A program made the position numbers and the translations under genes. Of a stretch of DNA of 64,000 nucleotides, positions 1 through 11,686 are shown piece by piece (the first letter of the stretch is position 1; every line of letters starts with the position of its first letter). The notes under the pieces are model-generated. The model saw only the letters and a list, made by a program, of their open reading frames with translations, ran no database searches and was not told the DNA's origin. Origin of the DNA: Vicugna vicugna (taxonomy: Eukaryota); the NCBI GenBank assembly GCA_013265495.1, contig MU057809.1, positions 1,353,062 through 1,417,061 on the forward strand, given 5' to 3'.

Positions 1-400
1 GTCTGGGGCGCGGGGTTCAGGGGCCCGCCGACCCCGGCCTTGCCGCCCGCATAGCCCGCGCGCTCCTGGGCCCAGCCCGGCCCGGCTCGGCCCGGCTCGG
101 CCCGGCTCGGCTCCGCCCGGCTCCGCTCGGCCGCCCGCACCCGCCGCCTCTTTGTTCGCCGCCGCTGCCAGCCGCCATTGGCACGCGGTCGAGGCTCCGC
201 CCACCCGGACCCCTTCCCTACCCGGACGAGGGCCGCTGGCGGGGGATGGCTGGGAGGGCCTGCAATCCTGGCAGCGGTCTCTCCATCCGCAAATGGGCCT
301 GGGGGCCCGAACCCTGGCTGGAGGTGTAGATGTGCTTCTCCTGGGCGCGCCCGTTGGTTAGCCTATTGCACGTTCACCGAGCTTCTGCGGGGACGGCCTG
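1..400 (-). promoter_or_regulatory. TTYH3: CpG island with probable promoter and 5'UTR of TTYH3 (coding start lies left of the window)
   Basis: Very CpG-dense. Contains a GCCGCCAT YY1-type motif at 171-178 and a decamer repeat. Gene identity is inferred only from the conserved order TTYH3-IQCE-BRAT1; no TTYH3 coding sequence is in the window. Confidence 0.6.
71..130. repeat. GC-rich decamer tandem repeat (CCCGGCTCGG)x3 plus degenerate flanking units
   Basis: Three exact copies at 81-110, with related units at 71-80 and 111-130. Confidence 0.9.
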
Positions 401-504
401 GAGGGGCTGGGCTGGACCCCAGCATGCAGCCGCGGCTCACACACAGCCCATGTGTTGTCCCGCAAAGAACTCAGTGAACTGTCTGTAAAACAAGGATGAT
501 TTGG

Positions 505-650
505 AGGCAGAGCCTGACTTGGTGACCTAGAACTGTGTGGTCTTGGGCAAGTCACTTAACCTCTCTGAGCATCAATGTCCTCGTGTGTAGTAGGAAAATA
601 CGACTGTAAAGTACTCAGAATATCAGAGTGTGACTCAGTACAAGTAAGTG
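505..650 (+). mobile_element. MIR SINE fragment
   Basis: MIR core-like sequence tgtgtggtcttgggcaagtcacttaacctctctgagc. Confidence 0.75.
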
Positions 651-1522
651 GCCTGGGGGGGCGGAGAGGTAAATTCAGTTCCTACCCAGCCTTCCCTTTG
701 CGGCAGGTTGGGTCTTTTGTCAGGACCTAAGAGAGAGACAGTGTCCTATCCTGGCTCCTCTGGGCCTGGAAATGCAGGCAGCTGCCGGGGAGGGCTGAGC
801 ATGGACTTTGAAGTCACACAGCTGCACTTCCTAGTGGGGCATCTTCGTGCTTGTTACGCAAGATGGAGACCGCACAAACAGGGGCAGCTGGAGGCGCTGT
901 GGGCACCCCAGGGGTAGAAGTGTGTGCTCTGGACTTCCTGCATTCTGAGAAACAGGTTTCCACACCTGGGGCTCTGCTGTCTGCCATGCGTGGGCTCGGC
1001 CAGCTCTGTGGCTGGGCTAGACTCTTGCAGGCAGGGACAGCTCTGGGCAGTGGCTTCCCAAGAGGACCGTCCATCTGCTCATCTGACTGCCCTGACGCAC
1101 CTGTTTTCCTGTGATAAGTCCAGTGGGCCCCAGTGGACCCTCCCACAAGCAGATGAGAAAGGGATATGTGGGGAAAAAGGCCTTTGCGATGCTGTGGTTT
1201 CCACTTTCCGGGTAATTCACAGACACCACCCAGCGGGGAATAACAGCCAGGCAGGCGAAGGGAGGTCACATTCTCCATCCCTAAAGGGGAGAGGTTCTGG
1301 TCCCTGATGTTGGCCACAGATCACACAGCCATAGACCCTGGCTTTGTTCGCTGTGATTCGCATGCCCCCAGCACCAGCATGGCAGGCCTACCAGGGTCCC
1401 TAGGTGGAGGCATGGGGTCCCTGAGCTCCTTTCCACCTTCCCAGAAACCTCACAGAGTTGTGCATTTTCCTCTGGCAGGGCAGAAAGCCAGAGCCAAACA
1501 TCACGTGAAATGAGAACTCAGG

Positions 1523-1948
1523 TGTGCCAGGTTGACTTCTGTCCTCCCAAAAGATGAGTCCAAGTCCAAACTCGTGGTGCCTGTGACTGTGATCTTGTTT
1601 GGGAACAGGGTCCCTGCAGATGTGGTCGAAGTCGCACTAGATTACGGAGGGCCCTAGTCCAAAGACAGTGGCCTTGTACGAGGGAAGCCTGAAAACAGTG
1701 ATGCAGAGATACAGAGACACGCAGAGAGCTCCATATGAGCACAGAGGCAGAGCGGGGGTGATGGAACCCCAAGGACTGCTGAGCCACCGGTAGCTGGGAG
1801 AGAGGCCGGATCCTCACAGCCTCAGAAGAAACCAACCCTGCTGACACCGCGACCTTGGACTTCAGCCTTCAGAACTGAGATAATACGTTTCTGTTGATTA
1901 AGCTGCCCACTGTGTGGTCCTGTTATAAGCTGCCACAGGAAACATACA
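1523..1948 (+). mobile_element. MLT1 (ERVL-MaLR) solo LTR
   Basis: Starts TG and ends ...aggaaacataCA. Internal motifs tttgggaacagggtc..gcagatgt and agccaaccctgctgacacc..ttggacttc are MLT1-like. Flanks tcagg/gcagg resemble a 5-bp target-site duplication (4/5). Confidence 0.8.
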
Positions 1949-3334
1949 GCAGGCTGTCCCGAGCTTTCATTTGGCTGGCGTTCTGTGTCTCTGATTGGCA
2001 CAAAATGGCAAAGGAGCTCGTCTTTGATTGCCACTTGCAATATATTTGGTGGGTGAAACCTTTTCTTAATGGGACCCACAGAGGAAGAATGACAAAGGAG
2101 GTCCAGGAAGGAGAAAAGGAGGACCCACAACATCCAGCTCTGGAAAAGCACCTCCGGGGCCTCGACTGGGGAGCGTGAGCCCAGAACCTGCTCCCACCTG
2201 AGGTCTGGGTACTGGGGACAAAATCCCCATAGATCTGAAAAGCCCTTGAAAAATCGTGGTTTCCTGGGAACAAGTAGGGGCCAGGGGCTCTGGTGTCCCA
2301 CGCCTGCAGCTGTGTGATCTCAGGGTCTTTACTTCTGTCCCTAATCTGCACAACACGGTTCCTGTGGCTCCAGGGGGGTGAGGGTTAGAGAATGCCAGGT
2401 GACGGGGCAGGACTCAAGGAGGGCCCACCCCAACCCCACCGCCCTCCTGCTTGCGGCGTTCCCTGGCTGGAGCTGCAGTGGTTCTTCCTGCCTGTCCCGG
2501 GACCTCTGTGGCTGGAGGCTGACTTGAGCCCCATTTGACAGATGGAGCAACTGAAGCCTGGGTCCTGCTGTTGCTCAGGGGGCACGAGATCCACATGCGC
2601 CCGGGCAGGCAGCCAGGATCCAGCCTCATCCAGGCCAGACGGCCTGAAACAGGGCTCCAGTGGCTGGAGAAGTCAGAGAGGATTTGGTCTGCAGTGCTGG
2701 CCACCAAGCAGGATGCCAAGGGACACACCTTCATTGACCTGGCAGTGACTCAGGACAAGGCAGCTGATGGGGAAACAGCTAGTCTTCCCCCAACTGAGGA
2801 AGCCGTTCAGGCAGCAGTAAGAAGCTGCAGCCTCCCATCCCCTCCACCATGGGGGCCCGGAAGGACCCAGCAGGGCTGGGCTCACGGGGGCAGGAAGGAC
2901 CAGCTGAGCTGCCCTGAGCACCTACTTCCACAATCTCCTCTGGCCCCCAGCCGGGTTCCTACGTCACAGAGCCAGTGACGAGGGGGTTTTCGAGGTTCAG
3001 AAATGAAGAAACTTGCTCCTAATGCACACATTCATGTGGAAAGCAGATGGGTCTCAGCTTCCTTTATTTGCAGTGGATCCCACCCACTGTGGAGGCCGTG
3101 CAGTCCAGGCTGTGTGTGGAAGGCCAGGCTGCGTGCCCAGCTCCCGGAATGCTCCATCTTTGGGCATCATTCTTTCTTTGCTCTCACCCAGGACTTCTCG
3201 GCTCCAAAGCCCGGGAGTTTCCCTTTCCTTTCTTTTCAAATTAACTACCTTCTTTTCCAAGTCACAGGTCTTCTGGGCCCCAGCCTTTTGATGTCTAAAA
3301 TGGGTAGAGTCCTACTTAAATGTGAGATGTATGT

Positions 3335-3790
3335 AAGACAACATGACACAGCGGCACTATTCGTGACAGACAAAAGGCCACAACAGCCCAAATGTCCATC
3401 AGCTGATGAACCAATAGACAGAATGCAGTACCGCCACATGGTGGAATATTACTCAGCCACGAAAAGGGATGAGGCACTGAAACACAGTACAACACGGATG
3501 AACCTCGAAAACATGATGCTCAGTGAGAGAAGCCAGACACAAGAGGCCACATACTGTCTGATTCCATTCACAGGAAATGCCCAGAAGAGAGGAATCCATG
3601 GAGACAGAAAGTGGATTAGCTGTTGCCAGGGGCTGGGAGAGGGGGATGGGAAGTGACTGCTTAATGGGTCAGGTGGGGTTCTTTTTCAGATGATAAAACG
3701 TTTTGGAAATAGTGATAATTGCACAACAGTATGAACAAACTTAATGCCACTGAATCTACCTTAAAAAACGGTTTCATATATTTTATCACA
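3335..3790 (+). mobile_element. L1MB-type LINE 3' end
   Basis: Typical old L1 3' region: cccaaatgtccatcagctgatgaa, atggaatattactcagcc, atgaacctcgaaaacatgatgctcagtgagagaagccagacaca. Confidence 0.85.
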
Positions 3791-5179
3791 TGCACAAATG
3801 ATTCTGTGTAAAAGGGGCTCACTCAGCGTCTCCCTGTCTGCCTGCCTGACTGCCTTCCTGGAAGTAGATTTTGTGAGTGAAGGACAGGGATGAGAAAATC
3901 TGCAGAGAGTGAACTGAGGGCTGAACTGCTTGGAAGCACCTGGTAGAAGCATCTGGAATGGAGGAGGAGGCAGGCCAGGCCAGGAGCTCCCCAGGGTCTG
4001 TCTCCTGAGCCAGGAAGGTGGCTGGATTGAAGCTTCTGAATGGTTTGTCCCAAGACCTGTAGGCGCCGCGAGAAAGGCCAGGCAGGGGCTGGGTACCCCG
4101 TCGCTGGGGCGGAAGCCAGAACAATGGAATCCCCTGCGTTTGGACCGTGTCCAGCGAGGTTCACATTTTCCGTGGAGACAGAGCTTGTGAGAACTGTCAG
4201 GGAGAGGAGCGGGCTGGAGGCCGGGTTTCCCCCGGTCCCACTGAGATGCACAGCCAGCCCAGCGCCCAGTCCCCATGGACACCTGGCTATAACAAAGCCA
4301 CAGGAGTGCTGCTTTCAAGTTGGCCGTGATGGAATTGCCCCGTGGCTCTGGGGCCTGGGAGAGATGCCAGCCAGTGTGGTCCCCAAGTGGGCCACACGAG
4401 CCAGCCAAACAGACCCAGCCAGAATGGTGATGTGCACACCTCTGGCTTGCCTGGAGTCACCTAGCCAGCAGCCTTGCCTACCCACAGAGCTCCAGGGAAC
4501 CAGGAACTCGGCAGGGATGGCCTCCAAGCTGCCAAGGATGCTCAAACCCCAGCACGCACCACTGATCTCTCGCTTGGAGCCTCCTTACTCTTGTTTCACA
4601 CACAGTGCTGACAAGACTGGTCTCCGTGTCCCAAGCCCAACACAGAGCAGCAGCAGCACCCGGGGGTAGGTATCATGGAGGGAGACTGGCACTGGATGAA
4701 AAGGTGCACCCTCCCCGTGCGGGTCCCTGGTCCCTGCCCACCTACCCAGCCCCACCTAGCAGCTGTGGTCAGCGCCGTGCCGAGAGTCACGGGACCTGGG
4801 CTCGTGCCAGGTTGTGCCTGCCAGCTGTGAGCCCTGTGGGAACCTGCGTCCCCTTCAGGGACCTCAGTGCTCACCAAGCCCATCTCCCCACGTTATAGCA
4901 GAGGAAGCTGAGGCTCCAAACCACAGCCCAGGAAGAAATCAGGAGGCTGTATTCGGGAGAGAGGGTGACTGTGCGTGCACACACACACTTGCACAAACGC
5001 CTTTCACGCCCAGAGTCTCACTTCATCCTTGCACGAGGCAGACGACCGCCATCCCCATTTTAAGAGAAGGAAACAGGCTTTGAGAAGTGGGTGCAGAGGG
5101 AAGATGGAAACCCCTTTCTTTTCTGGTTTAATTCCCTCTCCAGTGCAGCCCGCTGAGTGTTGTATTTTTAAAAGGCCGA

Positions 5180-5560
5180 TGTGTTGGTTGCCTGCTGCAT
5201 AAAGGAACCACCTCAAAATTCAGTGTTTTAAAACCACCACCACGATGCTCGTTCACAAGTCCGGGGGGTCAGCAGCCTGGCCCCATCTGGGTTCTTACGC
5301 TGTCACCTGGAGTTGCTCATGTGGCAGATCCACTGGGGCTGGATGGTCTCTGATGGCCTCGTTCATGGCTGGTGGCTGGTGCTGACTCAACAGACCGCGT
5401 GGCTCCAGCTGGCTGCCTTGGGCTTCTTGACCTGGTGTCTCAGGGAGACAGGAATGTGCAAGCTGGAGGCCTGAGGGCTAGTCTGCTCGGGTCCCATTTA
5501 CTCATGCTCCTCTGGCCAAAGCCCATCACAGCCGACCCCAGGCCAAGTTCCTGCAAGGGG
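5180..5560 (-). mobile_element. MLT1-family LTR fragment
   Basis: aaccacctcaaaattcagtgttttaaaac...tcacaagtc..ggggtcagc resembles a reverse-oriented MLT1 end. Subfamily not resolved. Confidence 0.6.
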
Positions 5561-8349
5561 CAGATGGGCCAGAGCAAGGCAGGACCCGAGGCTGTGGACG
5601 CAGGGCCAGGACTGTGACCGCCTTGACTCAGTGGCCCCCCAGATGGGGAGAGACTTCCCCGCGCTGCAGTGCACTGCGGGATGCCCCCTGGGCAGCCAGT
5701 CAGTTCGTTCCACCCTGGTGGGCACAGGAGAGGGGCCGGGCTGGGCAGCTGGGAGAGGCAGGTCAGGGAGGCTAAGGGGCCTCTGGGCTCCTCCTGGCAG
5801 CCTCATGGACCTCCACGCTGTCTCCAGGAGCAGTGGGCGGGGATCTCCGGCCCTTTGTGGGCTGGGATCTGAGTTGGAGACGAAGGCTGACTGGGCAGCC
5901 GTTGGGAAGGCAGGCTGCCTTTGTGCTACCCTGCGCCTGGGGAGAGAAGACGCCTTTCCGGGACGTAGGGAGCAGCCCAGCAGCGCCGGGGAGGAGCTCC
6001 TCCCCCAGCCCCCACCCCACCCCTGGCTGCACTTCCCTCTCCGCAGCCCCACCAGCCGCTCTCCAGCCTGGGCTCCCTGGTGACAGTGTCCTCCAAAGGC
6101 AGGGGCCCTCCACCAGGCAGCTTCCCAAAGAAAGAGGGTGTCTACAGCAGTAGCCTGGCTTCCTTCCCTCATTGGTGGTAACCTGTCCCCCACGTGACCC
6201 GCTCAAGTTGTCTGTCACTCACCCACAGCCAGGAAGTCTCCACCTTGCCTGGGAGAGGCTGGGCCACAGCTCCCATCTGGGAGGCCCTGGGTCCCCAGGT
6301 TCAAGCCGGGGCTGGACAGACCTTGCTCCCTCACACACAGGGTGCCCTGTCCCAGGGCCAGGGCCAGGGCCAGGGAGTCAGCGTGGGCCAGGGCCCCCCC
6401 ATGTCCCCAGGGTGGGCTGCCTCGTCCGGGGAGCCTTGAGGACCTCCCGCTGCCCAGGGAAGTGTGCCCAGCCTGTGCTCAGAGGAGGAGGCCCCTGGCC
6501 CATGTCGCCCAGAGCTGCTCCTCCTCACCACCCAGTCTCTGTGAAGGACTCTGACCACGCTGCTCTCCTGCTGGCTCCTCCCTGGCTCCCAGGGCCTCAG
6601 GATCAAGTCCAAAGTCACCAGCACCTGCTCCTGCTGACCCCGCCTCCGTCTCCTGGGGGTGCAGGGTGGGCAGGGTCAGGAGAGGGGCAAGGTAGAGGCA
6701 TCCGGAAGTGAGGCCATGATGACAACATATCACGGCCGGGTCCTTGGTCGGTGCTTCACACGTGTTTCTGGAACGGACATCATCACCATGCTCTCAGAGA
6801 GCTCCCCTGGCTGGCACAGGCCCGCCCCGACCACCGGCTCACCGCCTCCCAGAGACACGGACGGATCCTGTCATTCCCTTGTTTACAGAGAGGGAGGCTG
6901 AGGCTCACCCAGGTCCCCGGCCAGGATGGCTGGGGCCCTTCGCCTGGCTCCCTCTGCCTGTGGGCACAGGGACCCTTTCCTCCCCAGACATCCCAGCTGG
7001 ATCTGCGGCGTGGGCGGGAGACATCAGGGAGCAAGAGGTCCCACCGGGCTCCCCTCCCTGATGCCCAGGGCTGAGGCCCTGGCTGCGTGGGCCCTGCTGC
7101 ACTAACGGCCTGGGAGTGCATGGAGATCCTGAGGAGGGACGGGAGGCTGGAAATATGCTCCCCATCTGAGGCTGCTCCCCCTCCATTGGCCGGCCCCTCC
7201 TCCAGGGGCCCTGGGATGCCCTGAGCCCTCTCCTTTCTGCAGGGGTGGCTGGGAGAGGGCCGGCTTCACTGGGCTCTGACGGGCACTGGGGTGGGGGCAG
7301 CGTTCAGAGGGTCCCTCACCAGCCCTGGGGCCACTGTGTGCCCTCCCAGCTGCCAGCGGGCCTTCCACCTTCTGAAATGCAAATCGCTCCTGTCATCCTC
7401 CTGCCAGCAGCCCTTCCCTGTTCCCACGGCTCCCAGCGTGAGGGCCAAACTCCTTGGGCAGAATGTGCAACCCCCCTCGGCCTCTGCTTCCCTCCTGAGC
7501 TCCGTGGCCCCCACCGCCCCTGGCCCACCAGGCCCCAGCCACCTGGTGCCATTTTTGCCTGGGGTGGGGGTGGGGCAGACGGTTCCCTCTGCAGAAAGAC
7601 CCCCTCCCTCCCTGGTCAGCCCCAGCCCCTCATCCCCTCCTCTGCGTGTGTCTGTGGGGGGTCAGGGGGAGTTCCTGACCCCATGGCTGCTGCCCCCCTG
7701 CAGGCCATGTCCCTGGGCCCCTCCCGCCAGGGACCTCACCGCCGTGGTGAGGAGAACTTGGCTGGAGTTCTGCCCACTTGGTCCCCAGCACCTGTGCAGG
7801 TGAACGTTGGGCGGTGAAGGAATTTACTCCAGTCCCACCAAGCTCAGCCTGGGTGAGAGACAGACTTGCAAACAGATGAAACACACCTTGATGGCATGCA
7901 CAGAGTCCCTCCCTCCCTCAGTGCGTGGCAGGCTGCGAACGTGCAGGAAATCTTAAAACATACAAAATGAACTCATTTTGTGAGAACACAAAGAAAGGAG
8001 GGGCTGATTCCAAAGAGCTGCTCAGCAGCCGTTGTGGCAGGCGGGCAGGCTTGGGGGAAAGGACGCTCCTGGCTGGGAAACAGCTCATCCTGGGGCCAGC
8101 TGGAGGCGGGGAAGGGCCTCGTGGGGAAAGGGCAGCTGTGTGTGGCTGGACAGGGGATGGTGGACCAAGCAGGGTGCCACGCGGAATCTAAATGAGTCTG
8201 CTGGGTGAGGGGCTGGTGTGTGTTCACACTGGTTCTTAACCAAGGGCCCAGGGGCCTGACCGTGGAGGGAGATGAGGAGCAGGGAGGAGAGCGCTGGCCT
8301 TCCCACCGGACCCATCCTCTTCCTCCGTAGCAACAGTGCCTCACACTTT

Positions 8350-8710
8350 CGTTGTCTATGGCCTTCTAGAATAAAAGACATTTCCAGGCTCCCTTGTAGC
8401 TGGATGTGCAACAATGTTCTGACCTATGGGATATGAGTGCGAAGTGTTCTCAAGTGAGGGGACACCGCCTGCTTCCTTCCAGCTGCCTGGAATTCTTGTG
8501 TTGTGGCTGGAGCTCAGGCAGCCAGTTCAGACCATGAAGCCTTGTGCTCAGGAGAGGGAAGCCACAGAAGAGTACAGGACTTTGAAAACTGTGCAGCCTT
8601 CATACCTCACCTGCGCTGCTCTCCTCGGACTTTGGAAACTCCTGACTTGTTTGGGTTACTGTTACTTGGGGTGTTCTCAGACTCCAGTCAGACCTAAGTC
8701 TAGGAAGGGG
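8350..8710 (+). mobile_element. MLT1I/J-like LTR fragment
   Basis: ttccaggctcccttgtagctggatgtg, tggctggagctcaggcagcca..gaccatga and tgttacttgg motifs. Confidence 0.6.
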
Positions 8711-9029
8711 GAGGACGGACAGGAGGGCTCAGATCCTGAGGACTCGCCTGGGACACAATGGACAGAACTTGGTTGCTAATTGGAGGCGGGCTCCAGGGAG
8801 TGAGAAGGGAGTGCCAAGGCTCCCCCCCGAGATCCCGTCTTGGGAGGCCGGGAGAACGGTTCACTCCACGTGCGCTAAGCACTTTTTGTGTGCCATGTAC
8901 CACAAGAGCATGCAGGCGACTCACAGCATCCCCTGCTGCAAGGTGCTCTCGGTCCAGGGGGCACGGACGGCACGACAGCAGAGCCCCGACGGAGGGAGGG
9001 GAGTCCCTCCCCCAGGAGCTGCTGGGCCC

Positions 9030-9830
9030 TTCATTTATTCACTCCGCACAGGCCCTGAGCACCTACTATGTACCAGGCACCGTGTGAGGGCTTGGGAACA
9101 GCAACGAGCACCCCCTACCCAGAGAGGAGCTTATCTTAGGGGGTCTGATGGGGGAGTCAATCACCAAATAATCGTGGCTTTAAGTGGAAACATGACTGCT
9201 GAGTGAACCCCTGCCACGAGTGATTATGCCAGGGCCACGGGAGGGGCCACGGAGGCTCCGAGGGGATGTGTGATGCACCAGCTGCATGTGGTTGGGAGAC
9301 TCCCGGGTGCAAGGGGTGCGGGCTCCCACAGGCAAGTCCCCGACCCATCTCTCACGTGTTCCTGACCCCTGACCTCATACAGCAGTGGACAGCTCACGGG
9401 GCCTGGCCAGAGTGAGTCTGGGCCAACTGGTGCAGGAGGGGGGCTGTTCAGGAGAGGCTGAGGTGGGAGCTGGGCTGCTGTGGGCAGGCAGGGACATGGA
9501 GAGGAGAAGACAGCCTTGGGCCGTATTTAGCAGGTGAAGTCAATAGGATTTTTTGTTGCAGGAAAGGGTGGAGGGCATGGCTCAAGCAGTAGAGCGCATG
9601 CTTAGCACGGACGAGGTTGTGGGTTCAATCCCCAGTATCCTCCTCTAAAAAAATTAATAAACGCAATTACCTCCTCCTCCCAAAACAAAAAAGAATTAAA
9701 AAATAATAGAATAATTAATTTTAAAAAAAGGATTTTTTGTTAAAGGATTGGAGATGGCTAGGAGGGCGTCACGGGAGTCACCCCCGACCCAGGCGTCTGA
9801 CCTGTGTGATAATGATGGTCGGGTGAGGAG
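9030..9830 (-). mobile_element. L2 LINE remnant, interrupted by a younger SINE
   Basis: atttattcactc..gagcacctactatgtaccaggcaccgtg is the L2 3' terminus in reverse. L2-like sequence appears to resume after the SINE. Confidence 0.6.
9558..9728 (+). mobile_element. Camelid tRNA-Ala-derived SINE (Vic-1 type) with 13-bp target-site duplication
   Basis: tRNA-Ala-like head (gctcaagcagtagagcgcatgcttagc...gggttcaatccccag), then aattacctcctcctcccaaaa and an A-rich tail. aggattttttgtt is repeated exactly at 9545-9557 and 9729-9741. Confidence 0.9.
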
Positions 9831-10307
9831 GCCTAAAGGCGAGCCTGCCTGGGAGGGGAGAACCGTGTCATCTGAAAATTTTTAAGTGGGGTGAGATACC
9901 TACAACATATGGTCCCGGTTCAGGGGTTGGGTTTTGTCCTGGAGTCCGTGGGACACTGTTGGGGTCACCCAGCCTCACTGCAGATGTTGAGCGCTCTGCG
10001 CAGGAGTGCCAGGGCCCGGGGACTGACTGTGGTGGGTGAGGAGGACCGTGCCTGGCTCAGGCCTGGACACAGGGAGGCTGTGGTGCACTGAGATGGGACC
10101 ACTGGCCGGGGGCAGGTTAGGGGCAGAGGTAAGTCCAAGCTGGGCTCGGCCGAGTCTGAGGCATCTAAGATGTGTCTGTGCAGACCCTGACACCAACATT
10201 TAGGGTCTGGGTGTTGGCGTCAGAGCCCTGGGGACACCCACGTCTAACAGGCATCAGAGGAAGGGCTGGTAGAGGCCAGAGGGGTGGGGGGGAAGACGCG
10301 TCAGTGG

Positions 10308-10467
10308 NNNNNNNNNNNNNNNNNNNNNNNNNNNNNNNNNNNNNNNNNNNNNNNNNNNNNNNNNNNNNNNNNNNNNNNNNNNNNNNNNNNNNNNNNNNNN
10401 NNNNNNNNNNNNNNNNNNNNNNNNNNNNNNNNNNNNNNNNNNNNNNNNNNNNNNNNNNNNNNNNNNN
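10308..10467. other. Assembly gap (160 N)
   Basis: Run of N in the sequence. Confidence 1.
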
Positions 10468-11680
10468 GTCAGTGGGGAGGGGGGTGGGGGAGAGGCCACT
10501 GCGTCCCAAACTGCAGAGAGCGTGGCCATCACCGCGCTGAGCCTGGGGGAGGCCCTCTGAGATGGGATGGCAGTGGACGGGGCTGCGACTAGCAGGGGCA
10601 GCGACTCTCTCTGTGAGCTGTGCCCCCAGCCCACCTACCCCCGGGCTTCCTGGCTTCCATTCCTTCAGAGTGGGGCGGAAGGGAGGGGCTGGGAGGCAGC
10701 CTGAATGGTGGCCCCGGGGAGCCTTGGCACACATCGGACCCTCTGCCTTGAATCCCCGGCAGTTCTGGCCTTAATTAACGAATAGCTCAGGGGCACCCCC
10801 TCTCCCTATTCAGAAAGGACACGGCACCATGGAAACGTCCCCCAGATTCCCTAGGCAGGCGCTGTCTGATGGGGCCGCCCTCTGGGCCTGAGCTGCCAGG
10901 GCGGGGGCTCCCGGGAGAAGGGAAGGTGCCGGCGTCCGGCCGAGCAGCCCAGGCCCATCCCCACCCGCAGCTCTCCTGTGCTCAATCCAGCCGCAGCGAA
11001 AGGAGCCGGGGACCTGGATTCTGACTTTTTTTCCTATGTTCCCCTGCAATTTTGAGGAATCTCATATTTAAAACCATCTGGGCAGGGCCCTGGGGGACAC
11101 TCAGTTACCAGCCTTTAGGAGGCTCACAGGCCTTTCCTGTAACATGAAGACTTGCCGAGAGCACCAGGCCAGTGGCAGGAACAGGGGAGAGGGATTCTGT
11201 TTGCGCACGTGTGGATGTGTGTGTACGTGTTTATGTTCACACCTTCCCGCCAGCTTTCCTTCACCAGTGGTGGGGAGGCCCAGGGGTGGACCTTACTCCG
11301 TTATCCTCTCACCGGCTCCAGCTGAGATCCAGCCTCCGCCCCTGCCCCTCAAGGCTGCCTCTCTGCTGGCAGCCCCAGCCTCACGGCAGAGCAGTGGCAG
11401 CAGGCTTGCGGCTGGGCCAAGTGTCTGATGAACCCAGCCTTGCCCTGTCCCAGCCTCCTCAAGGCCCGGCCAGCTCCTCTGAAAGCGCCAAGTCCCCCAG
11501 ATGAGTCATTTGCCGACAAGACACATGGTGATCGGGTGCAAAGACGGCCTCGGGCAAGGGCTGGAGCCAACCAGCCAGTGGCTTTAGACAAATTCAAAGC
11601 CGGTGGCTTCAGACAAAGCCACAGGTGCACGCGTGCTGTGCAACAAAATACTGGCAAACCGTGCTTTCCCACAAGTCAGC

Positions 11681-11686
11681 TTTATT
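11681..11686 (-). terminator. IQCE: Candidate IQCE polyadenylation signal AATAAA
   Basis: tttatt on the plus strand, about 2.4 kb past the stop codon, with a U/GU-rich tract (tattttgttg) downstream on the minus strand. Not confirmed by transcript data. Confidence 0.45.

Noticed and set aside
3003-3656. 217-aa plus-strand ORF
   Set aside because: Its second half is translated L1MB 3' sequence. It is a chance open frame through repeat remnants.
9570-9645. tRNA-Ala(AGC)-like sequences (also near 43590 and 48425)
   Set aside because: They have broken stems, SINE bodies, A-rich tails and target-site duplications, so they are SINE heads and not tRNA genes.
200-11600. Hidden protein-coding gene in the TTYH3-IQCE intergenic region
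   Set aside because: None of the ORFs resembles a known protein or shows a consistent exon chain. The region is explained by repeats and GC-rich unique sequence. A non-coding transcript cannot be excluded from sequence alone.
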